NCBI RefSeq assembly: GCF_000025945.1
Contig: NC_006138.1
Span: forward strand, 2,430,001-2,462,000
Source: Desulfotalea psychrophila LSv54
Lineage (GTDB): Bacteria > Desulfobacterota > Desulfobulbia > Desulfobulbales > Desulfocapsaceae
DNA: 32,000 bases
Reading direction: 5' to 3'
The translations under genes were made by a program, and so were the position numbers. The notes beneath the pieces are model-generated. The model worked only from the letters and a program-made list of their open reading frames with translations, ran no database searches and was not told where the DNA came from. Shown piece after piece: positions 24,123-32,000 of this stretch. Each line of letters starts with the position of its first letter. The stretch's first letter is position 1.

Positions 24123-24389
24123 CCTTCCGAAGAAATAAATGTTGGTACCGATGGTATATGGGAAGGAAGCAACAGACATGGAGAATGTGGCAAACAGTGA
24201 TTGATGAAACTCATTCGCCAGAACAGTACAGCTAGTGCAAAAAAAATTTTAGATGAGATTTTCGAAGAACACGCTCAGTTTTCAAAGGGAAAAAATAAAA
24301 AAGACGACCTAACCCTGGTAGTTATTAAAATAGTTAAAGATAGTCTTACTGAAACTATCACCGATCCCGACACATCTCCTAATCAATAA
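24123..24389 (+). pseudogene. 5'-truncated remnant of a PP2C/SpoIIE-family phosphatase gene (C-terminal ~85 codons, with an in-frame stop)
   Basis: A single frame reads ..EEINVGTDGIWEGSNRHGECGKQ*LMKLIRQNSTASAKKILDEIFEEHAQFSKGKNKKDDLTLVVIKI.., with the stop TGA at 24198-24200. This reproduces the C-terminal SpoIIE/RsbU pattern (..TDGI.E....GE.FG..RL..L......A.E....I......F.......DD.TL.V.K.). No catalytic N-terminal part exists, because the fragment begins about 17 nt after the TauE stop. Confidence 0.6.
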
Positions 24390-24396
24390 CCAGGTA

Positions 24397-24426
24397 GCTT
24401 TCAATCGGCATGCCGATTGAAAGCTG
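24397..24426. terminator. 30-nt perfect palindrome between convergent genes (bidirectional terminator-like hairpin)
   Basis: AGCTTTCAATCGG-CATG-CCGATTGAAAGCT forms a 13-bp stem. It lies between the + strand remnant (ending 24389) and the - strand DUF445 gene (stop at 24478). Neither side has a good U-tract. Confidence 0.45.
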
Positions 24427-24477
24427 CTTGATTCCAGTCACTTAATCCAATGAGTTACTTTTTGCCCCCGCTTCGCG

Positions 24478-26100
24478 CTAGGCAAGGGCCAGAAAGAAGA
24501 GGTTGATGCAGCCGAGGATAAAACCAAGGAGGGCACCAAAGAGATTGATATACTTGAACTGTTCTTCCATGATGGAGAGGAGAAGCTGTTCGAGTTTAAG
24601 GAGGTCAAGGGAGTCAACCTTATCGGCTACAATCTGCTGCAGGTTGAAGGATTTCACCATCCCCGGCAACTCCCTGGAAACGGTCTTGGTCAGGTAGCTC
24701 TGCAGGGATTGATAGATACTGTCCCGCATATTTTCATTAAGAAAGCGGGACAGCTTACCTATTTTACAGGCCAATCCCTTTGTCAGCAGCGAATCGACGG
24801 CGGTAGAGATAACCTCGTTGATGCGCTCGGAGCGAAGGGCAGTCAGGCTTTTATCGAGGAGGCTTTCCTGTAGAAGGGCGACTTTCTCCTGCCCCAAAAG
24901 ATCGGCCAGGGCCTCTTGGATTGAGTGATCACCTGTCATATAGCCCTTAATGCTATCGGTAAATGTCTCTGTCAAAACCCCCTGCAACTGCTCATCCTGT
25001 AATTGTTTAAAGAGGCCGTGGCTAATGCCCTTGCTTAGGGCCTCTAGCTGCTGTGGTTCAATATCTCTTACCAGATCGGCCATGGGGGCGGCAAAGAGTT
25101 TTCCCAACTGGTCGTTTAAGAGAGCGGTAACTCGTTCCCCTACCACGTCTCCCTGAATCCAGGCAAGAATATCCTCCTCTTTTTCGTCCAGATAGTCGGC
25201 AATTTTAGCACGTACCGTCTCCATTTTAATAAAGTTCCCGACCATTGCCCCCATGGGTCCCATGGAAGCAATAAAGCTCTCTACTCCACCGCAGGCTCCG
25301 TCAATAATTTTTTCGCGTACATCGTCTGTGGCTAAAAGTCCGCCAACACCGGCGAGCAGAGGCTGAACCTGTTTTTCCACCAGCCCTTTCAAGAGACCGT
25401 AGGAGGCCTCTGGTAAAATGTCCGCGAGACTGCTGTTTTGCTGAAAGGCATCCTGCACCTTGGTATGGACAGCATTTTCAAGCCATTGCTCACAGGCGGG
25501 GCTGGACAAAAAGCGTCCCAGGTGTCCGGATAGGGATGTCTGCAGAGATACAAGCAGTTCGGCTTGTTGCTCCTCAGCTAGAAGGGAGGAGAGCTTTTCG
25601 GCAAGAAATTTATCGCTGATATCCTGGAGAACATCTCTTAACTGTCGGGCAAACTGATCCGAGCCGATAAAGCTACTCACCCCATCCTTTATCTTATAGG
25701 AGAGATAGTCAACGGCCAGTCCATAGTAGCAGGAGAATTGAGGAGGCAACAGGGACTGGAGGGTGCCAAGATCCCTCTGGGCCAGGGCTTCGCCCCGGGC
25801 CTGTATCTTATCGTGGACTTGTGCCTGTACGTGTTTTTGCTCTATCGCTTTTTGTACTTCTGTGCCGGTAATGAGATAATCGGCAACCATTCGTCCCATA
25901 TTTTCGGCAAGTTCATGCCGCTTTGCCGGAATGACACCGGGGGTCATGGGCACCCGCATGCCAAAGATATGCCAGGGGTTGAGGGGGCGAAAGAGCATCT
26001 TGATGGCAATCTTATTGGTAAGATAACCAATAAAGGCACCAACCATGGGTGGTGCAATATACTGGGCAATTGGGAAAATATCAGCAGGCGTTACAGGCAT
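24478..26100 (-). CDS. DUF445-family membrane-associated protein
   Basis: 540 aa with the N-terminal signature VGAFIGYLTNKIAIKMLFRPLNPW..RVPMTPGVIPAKRHELAENMG, typical of DUF445/YheB-like proteins. A long helical middle region follows, then a C-terminal TM helix (LFGALLGFILGCINLFFLALA). Confidence 0.8.
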   Translation of the reverse strand: MPVTPADIFPIAQYIAPPMVGAFIGYLTNKIAIKMLFRPLNPWHIFGMRVPMTPGVIPAKRHELAENMGRMVADYLITGTEVQKAIEQKHVQAQVHDKIQARGEALAQRDLGTLQSLLPPQFSCYYGLAVDYLSYKIKDGVSSFIGSDQFARQLRDVLQDISDKFLAEKLSSLLAEEQQAELLVSLQTSLSGHLGRFLSSPACEQWLENAVHTKVQDAFQQNSSLADILPEASYGLLKGLVEKQVQPLLAGVGGLLATDDVREKIIDGACGGVESFIASMGPMGAMVGNFIKMETVRAKIADYLDEKEEDILAWIQGDVVGERVTALLNDQLGKLFAAPMADLVRDIEPQQLEALSKGISHGLFKQLQDEQLQGVLTETFTDSIKGYMTGDHSIQEALADLLGQEKVALLQESLLDKSLTALRSERINEVISTAVDSLLTKGLACKIGKLSRFLNENMRDSIYQSLQSYLTKTVSRELPGMVKSFNLQQIVADKVDSLDLLKLEQLLLSIMEEQFKYINLFGALLGFILGCINLFFLALA

Positions 26101-26741
26101 AATTCGACAATCTCCTGTGGTGTGTTAACAATAAAATCAGCCCTGTGGGCGCGTAACTCTTTAATGGGTCGAAAACCCCAGCTGACCCCGAGACTGGTCA
26201 TGCCACTGTTCTTGCCTGTCTGCATATCAACCGAGGTATCTCCAATAAAGAGCATCTCCTGAGCCTCGATGCCCATGGTCCGGGCCGCAAGCAGGGCGCC
26301 GGCAGCATTGGGTTTTTTAGGCACATCCGCCCTCTGGCCTGATATATAGGTAAAGGGATGCTCCGGAAAAAAGAACTCCACCACCTTTTGGGTAAAGGCA
26401 TCGGGCTTATTTGAGAGAATACCGAGAGGAATTTCCGCCTCTCTCAGATCATTAATCATTTGCTTAATGCCCTTATATGGCGTACTATTTTCATGCCAGC
26501 ACTCCTGATAGTGAAGGCCGAACTCCTGACAGCAGGCAACAAGCACCTCTGCAGAAGTTCCCGGAGGGACGATCCGCTCCATAAGCACATCCAGACCGTC
26601 ACCTACGAAAAAATTATAGTCTTCTACCCTGTGCACAGGAAAATTGCGCGCCGCCAGCACCTTATTACAGGAGGCAGCCAAATCCTCTATGCTGTCCACC
26701 AGGGCGCCATCTAAATCAAAAAGTATCGCTGAGAATCTCAT
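26091..26741 (-). CDS. HAD-superfamily hydrolase, phosphoglycolate-phosphatase-like
   Basis: The HAD motifs are motif I (AILFDLDGALVDS), motif II (LGILSNK) and motifs III/IV (K..A....MLFIGDTSVDMQTGKNSG). Its stop overlaps the downstream DUF445 start by 10 nt (ATGCCTGTAA), which suggests translational coupling. Confidence 0.85.
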   Translation of the reverse strand: MRFSAILFDLDGALVDSIEDLAASCNKVLAARNFPVHRVEDYNFFVGDGLDVLMERIVPPGTSAEVLVACCQEFGLHYQECWHENSTPYKGIKQMINDLREAEIPLGILSNKPDAFTQKVVEFFFPEHPFTYISGQRADVPKKPNAAGALLAARTMGIEAQEMLFIGDTSVDMQTGKNSGMTSLGVSWGFRPIKELRAHRADFIVNTPQEIVELCL

Positions 26742-26914
26742 TATATCGTCTCTATAAAAATAGGTTTAAAAAAGAGCCTTTGTTAAAACTCAAACCCTCT
26801 ATGGGGTCAAGATATTTATACATAAAAAAAATTTATTTTTTCTATCAAAATTTTTCGGGCTAGGGTATAAGTATTTGTTTCCAAATTTCCATCATAGTAA
26901 AAAAGGAGAGTTCT

Positions 26915-27562
26915 ATGTGGTTCGTTAAGTTTGTTGCTTCATCAATTGGGAAGAAGTTTGTCATGGCCTTTACCGGTCTATTACTCATCCTCTTTCTCTG
27001 CGTACATGCGGCAGGAAATGCAATCATATTTTTTGGAAGCGAGGCCTTCCTGACATATGCACATGCCCTTCATGCTGTACCCCTTGTGGTTGTCCTCTTT
27101 AGCTCAGGACTGGCAGTCGTACTGCTGGCCCATATCTGCTTTGGACTATACCTCTTTTTTGAAAACAGGACCGAAAGCGATTCCCGCTATGCTGTGTCGG
27201 TGCGAACGGTTAAATACTCGCTCGCCTCCAAGACAATGCACTGGAGTGGCCTCTTTATCTTCCTGTTCCTCATCTTTCACCTTGCCGTTTTCACCTTCGG
27301 CGGAAAAGATATACCTATCTCAACTCTTGTTGAAGAACGTTTAGGTGACTTCTCTTTTGGTATCTTTTACCTAATCTCTTTTGCTGTTCTCGCTCTTCAT
27401 CTCTCCCACGGTTTTTGGAGTATGCTACAGACCTTTGGTGTCAACCATCCTCGCTACAATGACCTCATCCATAATCTCACATACATTGTTCCACTGTTTT
27501 TCTTTGTGATTTTTGGGGGAGTTACCCTGTATTTCCTGACTGGACTTGGCGCAAATTTCTAG
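26915..27562 (+). CDS. sdhC: Succinate dehydrogenase / fumarate reductase dihaem cytochrome b membrane subunit (type B, single 5-TM anchor)
   Basis: 215 aa with five hydrophobic helices and conserved His residues (CVHAAGNA, LAHICFG, IFHLAVF, LHLSHGFW). AAAGGAGAG lies upstream of the ATG. It is the first gene of the sdh/frd CAB operon. Confidence 0.85.
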   Translation: MWFVKFVASSIGKKFVMAFTGLLLILFLCVHAAGNAIIFFGSEAFLTYAHALHAVPLVVVLFSSGLAVVLLAHICFGLYLFFENRTESDSRYAVSVRTVKYSLASKTMHWSGLFIFLFLIFHLAVFTFGGKDIPISTLVEERLGDFSFGIFYLISFAVLALHLSHGFWSMLQTFGVNHPRYNDLIHNLTYIVPLFFFVIFGGVTLYFLTGLGANF

Positions 27563-27623
27563 CAAAAGAATCATTAAATGGATTTAGGGCCAAGGCCCTG
27601 CCATATTTTTTTGAGGTAAAACT

Positions 27624-29552
27624 ATGAAACTCGATGCATGCATTCCCGAAGGACCTCTGGCTGAAAAGTGGGATAACTGTATTTTTAAAAGCAAACTCGT
27701 TAACCCGGCAAACCGCAGAAAATTCTCTGTAATCGTTGTGGGCACAGGGCTTGCCGGAGCATCTGCTGCGGGCACCCTTGCCGAACAGGGCTATCAGGTA
27801 AAGGCCTTCTGTATTCAGGACAGTCCCCGTAGAGCACACTCCATTGCCGCCCAGGGTGGAATCAATGCCGCCAAGAACTACCAGAACGATGGTGATTCCG
27901 TCTTTCGCCTCTTTCACGATACCCTGAAGGGTGGCGATTTTAGAGCCCGTGAGGCAAATGTCTATCGTCTTGCCCAGGTAAGTAATAATATCATCGACCA
28001 GTGCGTTGCTCAGGGCGTCCCCTTTGCCCGCGAATACGGTGGAACCCTCGCCAACAGATCCTTTGGTGGTGCCCAGGTTTCACGTACATTCTATGCCCGT
28101 GGTCAAACAGGACAGCAACTCCTCCTTGGAGCCTACAGCTCTCTCTCCCGCCAGGTAGGTGCCGGAAAGATTGAGATGTTCTGCCGTCAGGAGTTGATGG
28201 ACGTTGTCATCACCGACGGCCAGGCACGCGGCATCACCACCCGTGATATCTATACCGGTGAGATAGAGACCTACTCAGCCGATGCGGTGATCCTGGCAAC
28301 GGGCGGTTATGGCAATGCCTATTTTCTCTCCACCAATGCCATGGCCTCAAACGTTACCGCTGCCTGGCGCGCCTATAAGAAGGGTGCTGGCTTTGCCAAT
28401 CCCTGCTTTGTCCAGATTCATCCCACCTGTATTCCAGTCCACGGCGACTATCAGTCGAAGCTGACCCTGATGAGTGAAAGTCTTCGTAATGACGGTCGGG
28501 TCTGGGTGCCAAAGGCCAAGGATGACAAGAGATCGCCTGCCGATATCCCCGAGGATGAGCGCGATTATTATCTCGAACGCATCTATCCAAGTTTTGGTAA
28601 TCTGGTGCCACGTGACGTTGCCTCCCGTAATGCCAAGAACCAGTGCGATGCAGGTAAGGGCGTTGGCCCAAGTGGACTTGCCGTCTACCTGGACTTTGCC
28701 GATGCGATCAAACGTGACGGTCTTGACACCATCGTCAAGAAATACGGTAACCTCTTTGAGATGTACGAGAAGATTACCGCCAGCAACCCCGTCAATGAGC
28801 CCATGCTCATCTACCCTGCTGTTCACTATACTATGGGTGGTCTCTGGGTTGATTACAACCTGCAGACAACAATTCCCGGTCTCTTCGCACTGGGTGAGTG
28901 TAACTTCTCCGATCATGGTGCCAATCGTCTGGGCGCATCTGCCCTTATGCAGGGACTTGCCGACGGTTATTTTATCATTGGCAACACCCTGGCAAACTAC
29001 TTTGGCTCTAATAGCTTTAGCAAGGTTTCTGTTGAGAACAAGGACTTCAAGCAGTCAAAGGCCGATGTCGAGGCCCGGATAGAAAAGCTCCTGGCCAACT
29101 CCGGCGGTGCGGTCACCGACCAGCATGTTACCGTGGATGAGATCCATAAGGAACTTGGTCATATCATGTGGAATTACTGTGGTATGGCTCGTAATAAAGA
29201 GGGTCTTGAAAAGGCCCTTGAGCTCCTGCCTCCTCTCAAAGAAAAATTCTGGAAGCATGTCTATATCCCTGGTAAGGGCAAGGATCTCAACCAGACTCTG
29301 GAACGCGCCGGCCGAGTGGCAGATTTTCTTGAATTTGCCGATATCATGGTTCGGGACGCCCTGGAGCGTGCGGAGTCCTGCGGCTGTCATCTCCGGGAGG
29401 AGAGTCAGACAGAGGAGAGTGAGGCCCTTCGTAACGATGAGAAGTACTCCCATGTTGCCGTTTGGGAGTGTCAAGGCGAAGATGAGCCGCTTCTCCACCG
29501 TGAAGAGCTCACCTTTGAGGCAATCCAGCCCTCTCAACGTAGCTATAAATAG
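27624..29552 (+). CDS. sdhA: Succinate dehydrogenase / fumarate reductase flavoprotein subunit
   Basis: 642 aa with an FAD Rossmann motif ([19 protein letters not shown]), the covalent-FAD histidine motif ([14 protein letters not shown]), and catalytic regions (HPT..., [17 protein letters not shown]). GAGG lies 8 nt upstream of the ATG. Confidence 0.95.
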   Translation: MKLDACIPEGPLAEKWDNCIFKSKLVNPANRRKFSVIVVGTGLAGASAAGTLAEQGYQVKAFCIQDSPRRAHSIAAQGGINAAKNYQNDGDSVFRLFHDTLKGGDFRAREANVYRLAQVSNNIIDQCVAQGVPFAREYGGTLANRSFGGAQVSRTFYARGQTGQQLLLGAYSSLSRQVGAGKIEMFCRQELMDVVITDGQARGITTRDIYTGEIETYSADAVILATGGYGNAYFLSTNAMASNVTAAWRAYKKGAGFANPCFVQIHPTCIPVHGDYQSKLTLMSESLRNDGRVWVPKAKDDKRSPADIPEDERDYYLERIYPSFGNLVPRDVASRNAKNQCDAGKGVGPSGLAVYLDFADAIKRDGLDTIVKKYGNLFEMYEKITASNPVNEPMLIYPAVHYTMGGLWVDYNLQTTIPGLFALGECNFSDHGANRLGASALMQGLADGYFIIGNTLANYFGSNSFSKVSVENKDFKQSKADVEARIEKLLANSGGAVTDQHVTVDEIHKELGHIMWNYCGMARNKEGLEKALELLPPLKEKFWKHVYIPGKGKDLNQTLERAGRVADFLEFADIMVRDALERAESCGCHLREESQTEESEALRNDEKYSHVAVWECQGEDEPLLHREELTFEAIQPSQRSYK

Positions 29553-29594
29553 GTTTCTGGTAAGAAAATCGAATAGGATTTATGAGGTAATAAA

Positions 29595-30347
29595 ATGAGT
29601 ATAGATATTACAGTAAAGATCTGGAGACAGCAGAACAGCGAGAGCGTTGGAGACTTTGAGAGCTATGACCTGCAGGGAATTGACACCGATATGTCTTTTC
29701 TGGAGATGCTCGATGTACTGAACGAGGATCTCACCAAAAAGGCCATCGAACCGGTAGCCTTTGACCATGACTGTCGCGAAGGCATCTGTGGTATGTGTGG
29801 GGCAGTAGTTAACGGTATCGCCCATGGCCCAGAGAAGAAGACCACCCTCTGTCAACTCCATATGCGTCATTTTGAAAGCGGTGACACCATCGTTATTGAG
29901 CCCTTTCGCTCCAAGGTGTTCACCATCAAGAAAGATCTCATTGTTGACCGTTCAGCACTTGATAGAATCATGCAGGCAGGTGGTTTTGTCTCCGTCAACA
30001 CCGGTGGTACACCCGATGGCAACGCCATTCCCATCGCCTCTGTAAAGGCAGAGCTGGCCATGGATGCAGCTGCCTGTATCGGTTGCGGTGCCTGTGTGGC
30101 AAGTTGTCCTAATGGGGCGGCCATGCTCTTTACCAGCGCCAAGGTATCTCAGCTGTGCCTCCTGCCCCAGGGAGAGCCGGAAAGAAAACGACGTGCCCTG
30201 TCTATGCTTGAAGCCATGGATAAGGAAGGATTTGGTAACTGTACCAATGCCCGTGAATGTGAAATGCAGTGCCCGAAGGGTATTGATATTCGCAATATTG
30301 CCCGCTTGAACCATGAGTATATTAGGGCTGCTTTCAGTCAGGGATAG
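29595..30347 (+). CDS. sdhB: Succinate dehydrogenase / fumarate reductase iron-sulfur subunit
   Basis: 250 aa with three cluster motifs: 2Fe-2S (CREGICGMCG), 4Fe-4S (CIGCGACVASCP) and a third cluster (CTNARECEMQCP). GAGG lies upstream of the ATG. Confidence 0.95.
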   Translation: MSIDITVKIWRQQNSESVGDFESYDLQGIDTDMSFLEMLDVLNEDLTKKAIEPVAFDHDCREGICGMCGAVVNGIAHGPEKKTTLCQLHMRHFESGDTIVIEPFRSKVFTIKKDLIVDRSALDRIMQAGGFVSVNTGGTPDGNAIPIASVKAELAMDAAACIGCGACVASCPNGAAMLFTSAKVSQLCLLPQGEPERKRRALSMLEAMDKEGFGNCTNARECEMQCPKGIDIRNIARLNHEYIRAAFSQG

Positions 30348-30371
30348 TTCTTTGCCCTGATTGAGTTCAAA

Positions 30372-30411
30372 AGCCATTTCAATGCTTCGGCCTTGAAATG
30401 GCTTTTTTTTT
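30372..30411 (+). terminator. Rho-independent terminator of the sdhCAB operon
   Basis: AGCCATTTCAA-(10-nt loop)-TTGAAATGGCT is followed by T9 and begins 25 nt after the sdhB stop. Confidence 0.85.
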
Positions 30412-30592
30412 GTCCCGGTCTTAGCAAAGGTTGAAAAATATCCCCTTCTTTAATTTTCTGCGTTATATTGAAAAATTCATCCAAAAAAATAGGTCTATCT
30501 GGCCAGTATTTATTACACAGACTTTATAGTTTGGACCCTGGCTGATTTTAGCAACCCTACACCTGAGTCTTTAGTGATTAGAGAGCACCAGC

Positions 30593-31651
30593 ATGGAATT
30601 TTTCGATATCGTCATAATCGGGGCAGGCCCGGCAGGACTTGCCTGTGCAAAAGAGGCAGGTAAGCGGGGCTACTCTGTCCTTGTTTTAGAGCGTAATGGC
30701 CAAATTGGTCGCAAGGTCTGTGCCGGTGGCATTACCTGGAACGGCCTTATGCGACATATGCCGGGCTTTGCCACCGAGAGAGACTTTGCCAAACAACATC
30801 TCTTCAGCCGCTACCAGTCCTGTTGCATTGAAGCAGATCATCCCATTGTTGCCACCCTTAATCGGGAACATTTGGGCAGGAGCATGGCCGAACAGGCGCA
30901 AGAGGCCGGAGCCGTTATTCGCACGGAAGAACAGGCCCTGCAGATAGGGGCTGAAAAAATAACTGTCCGGGAGAGAAAAACAGGAAGGGACTATAGCGTA
31001 GCCTTTAAATATCTGGTCGGGGCGGACGGATCTTCCTCCCTGGTGAGACGGTATTTGGGCCAGCCGGTAAAGCATATAGGCCTTGGTCTCAATTTTCAGA
31101 TCAGGGGCAGGGCCGAGAAGATGGAGTGGCATCTGCGCCCCGATCTCTTTGTTAACGGCTATGCCTGGATCTTTCCCCACCAGAATACCATCTCCATTGG
31201 CGCCTATGCAGATAGGAGTATTTTTTCGCCTACAGAGTTGAAGAGACGTTTCCTTGTCTGGGCCAAAGCTCAGGGCTATGGGCTGGAGCAGGAGAGGTGT
31301 ACGGCGGGATATATTAACTACGACTATCGGGGCTATCGCTTTGGCTCGGATAATAATATCTTCCTCACAGGAGATGCGGCGGGTCTGGCCTCGGGACTTA
31401 CCGGCGAGGGTATCTATCCGGCAATTGTCTCCGGTATTGCCGTGGCAGAAGAGATCGCTGGCTGCAAAGACCACCCCGAATTAGAGGCAGTCATTAAGAG
31501 TCAGAGGATGCAGCGCCGAATTTTGGATATCAGCGGCAGAGGTCAAGTGCTTGCCACCCTGCTCTCGGAGGCAATGACCCTTGGTATGCGCAGTAAAATT
31601 TTAAAATTTGATACAGTTGAAATGGCTGGGACATCATCCATAAAAAAGTGA
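30593..31651 (+). CDS. Geranylgeranyl-reductase-family FAD-dependent oxidoreductase
   Basis: 352 aa with an N-terminal FAD motif (DIVIIGAGPAGLACAKEAGKRGYSVLVLERN), then RKVCAGGI, LVGADGSSSLVRR and a C-terminal GDAAGL..TGEGI motif. These are characteristic of the GG reductase / FixC-like family. Confidence 0.8.
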   Translation: MEFFDIVIIGAGPAGLACAKEAGKRGYSVLVLERNGQIGRKVCAGGITWNGLMRHMPGFATERDFAKQHLFSRYQSCCIEADHPIVATLNREHLGRSMAEQAQEAGAVIRTEEQALQIGAEKITVRERKTGRDYSVAFKYLVGADGSSSLVRRYLGQPVKHIGLGLNFQIRGRAEKMEWHLRPDLFVNGYAWIFPHQNTISIGAYADRSIFSPTELKRRFLVWAKAQGYGLEQERCTAGYINYDYRGYRFGSDNNIFLTGDAAGLASGLTGEGIYPAIVSGIAVAEEIAGCKDHPELEAVIKSQRMQRRILDISGRGQVLATLLSEAMTLGMRSKILKFDTVEMAGTSSIKK

Positions 31652-31657
31652 ATATTT

Positions 31658-31942
31658 ATGAAGAATAAAACAGTTGGCAGGGGCAAGAACAGACTCCTCC
31701 TTAATATAATCTTTGGTGTTTTTTGCGCAGGCGTCCTGGCCTTTTTACTAAGCGCTCCAGAGAAGAGCACCTCTCCCCTGCCCATGGACAGCGATCACAA
31801 ACGTTTCTATAGCATGAAAAAGAAGGAGGCGGAGCAGTACTGTATGTCGTGCCATGGACCTGCCAAGGAAAATGCCCTTTCCGCTGAACATCCGTCAAAG
31901 TTCCGCTGTCTCTTCTGCCATACCCGACCGGTGCAGAAATAG
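31658..31942 (+). CDS. Small membrane-anchored dihaem c-type cytochrome
   Basis: 94 aa with an N-terminal TM anchor (LLLNIIFGVFCAGVLAFLL) and two CxxCH haem-binding motifs (CMSCH, CLFCH). It starts 6 nt after the preceding stop. Confidence 0.7.
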   Translation: MKNKTVGRGKNRLLLNIIFGVFCAGVLAFLLSAPEKSTSPLPMDSDHKRFYSMKKKEAEQYCMSCHGPAKENALSAEHPSKFRCLFCHTRPVQK

Positions 31943-32000
31943 TGAAACGACAGCTATCAGACTACAGCTATAGCAGTGGAGCGTAGTGGAATGGCGAGCT

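Noticed and set aside
24201-24389. 62-aa ORF treated as an independent small gene
   Set aside because: Its sequence continues a PP2C/SpoIIE C-terminal domain that starts upstream of an in-frame TGA. I interpret it as part of a truncated pseudogene rather than a stand-alone gene.
24503-26714. + strand ORFs inside the DUF445 and HAD genes (including the 174-aa ORF 25738..26262)
   Set aside because: They are antisense to two CDSs with clear family motifs and have no supporting signals.
27057-30377. Alternative-frame and antisense ORFs (up to 202 aa) within sdhC, sdhA and sdhB
   Set aside because: They are shadow ORFs within highly recognisable sdh/frd genes.
30686-31474. 262-aa - strand ORF opposite the geranylgeranyl-reductase-family gene
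   Set aside because: The + strand product has the GxGxxG FAD motif and the family C-terminal motif. The antisense ORF has none.
31975-32000. Sequence GTGGAGCGTAGTGGAATGGCGAGCT at the window edge, vaguely resembling the 5' end of a class II tRNA
   Set aside because: Only about 25 nt are visible, the position-8 U and D-loop pattern do not fit cleanly, and the rest is outside the window.
1-32000. Search for CRISPR arrays, IS elements, transposases, integrases, rRNA/tRNA genes and recognisable phage-defence genes
   Set aside because: I saw none. There are no regularly spaced direct repeats, no transposase- or integrase-like ORFs and no terminal inverted repeats flanking a block. The only mobility hints are the AT-rich patches and the two gene remnants.

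Overview
This 32-kb window looks like ordinary bacterial chromosome with moderate GC (judged by eye) and two AT-rich, poorly coding patches at about 3.5-4.3 kb and 19.6-20.6 kb. The gene content suggests an anaerobic, diderm, sulfur-cycling organism, perhaps Desulfobacterota-like. This is inference only, since no rRNA or other marker gene is present.

Gene order:
- A secreted triple-rhodanese sulfurtransferase with a small membrane partner (+).
- A flavodiiron protein (-).
- A frameshifted Cys-rich gene remnant (-).
- A complete TetR-controlled RND efflux operon (tetR, MFP, RND pump, NodT-type lipoprotein; -).
- A spore-photoproduct-lyase-family radical SAM protein (-).
- A membrane sensor diguanylate cyclase (-).
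- A 1500-aa type Va autotransporter (-), preceded by about 1 kb of non-coding DNA.
- A + strand module at 20.58-24.11 kb: a Cys-rich MarR regulator flanked by three copies of a 17-bp palindrome, a COG0701/ArsP-like permease, Cys-rich micro-ORF(s), two tandem single-domain rhodanese paralogues (one Cys-active, one Ser-substituted) and a TauE/SafE (TSUP) exporter.
- A truncated PP2C/SpoIIE phosphatase remnant.
- A DUF445 membrane protein and a HAD phosphatase (-).
- A type-B sdhCAB/frdCAB operon with terminator (+).
- A geranylgeranyl-reductase-family flavoprotein with a small dihaem cytochrome c (+).

I found no rRNA, tRNA, CRISPR array, transposase or integrase. The best candidate for an uncharacterised system is the thiol-rich MarR-permease-rhodanese-TSUP module. 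Its novelty cannot be verified without database searches.
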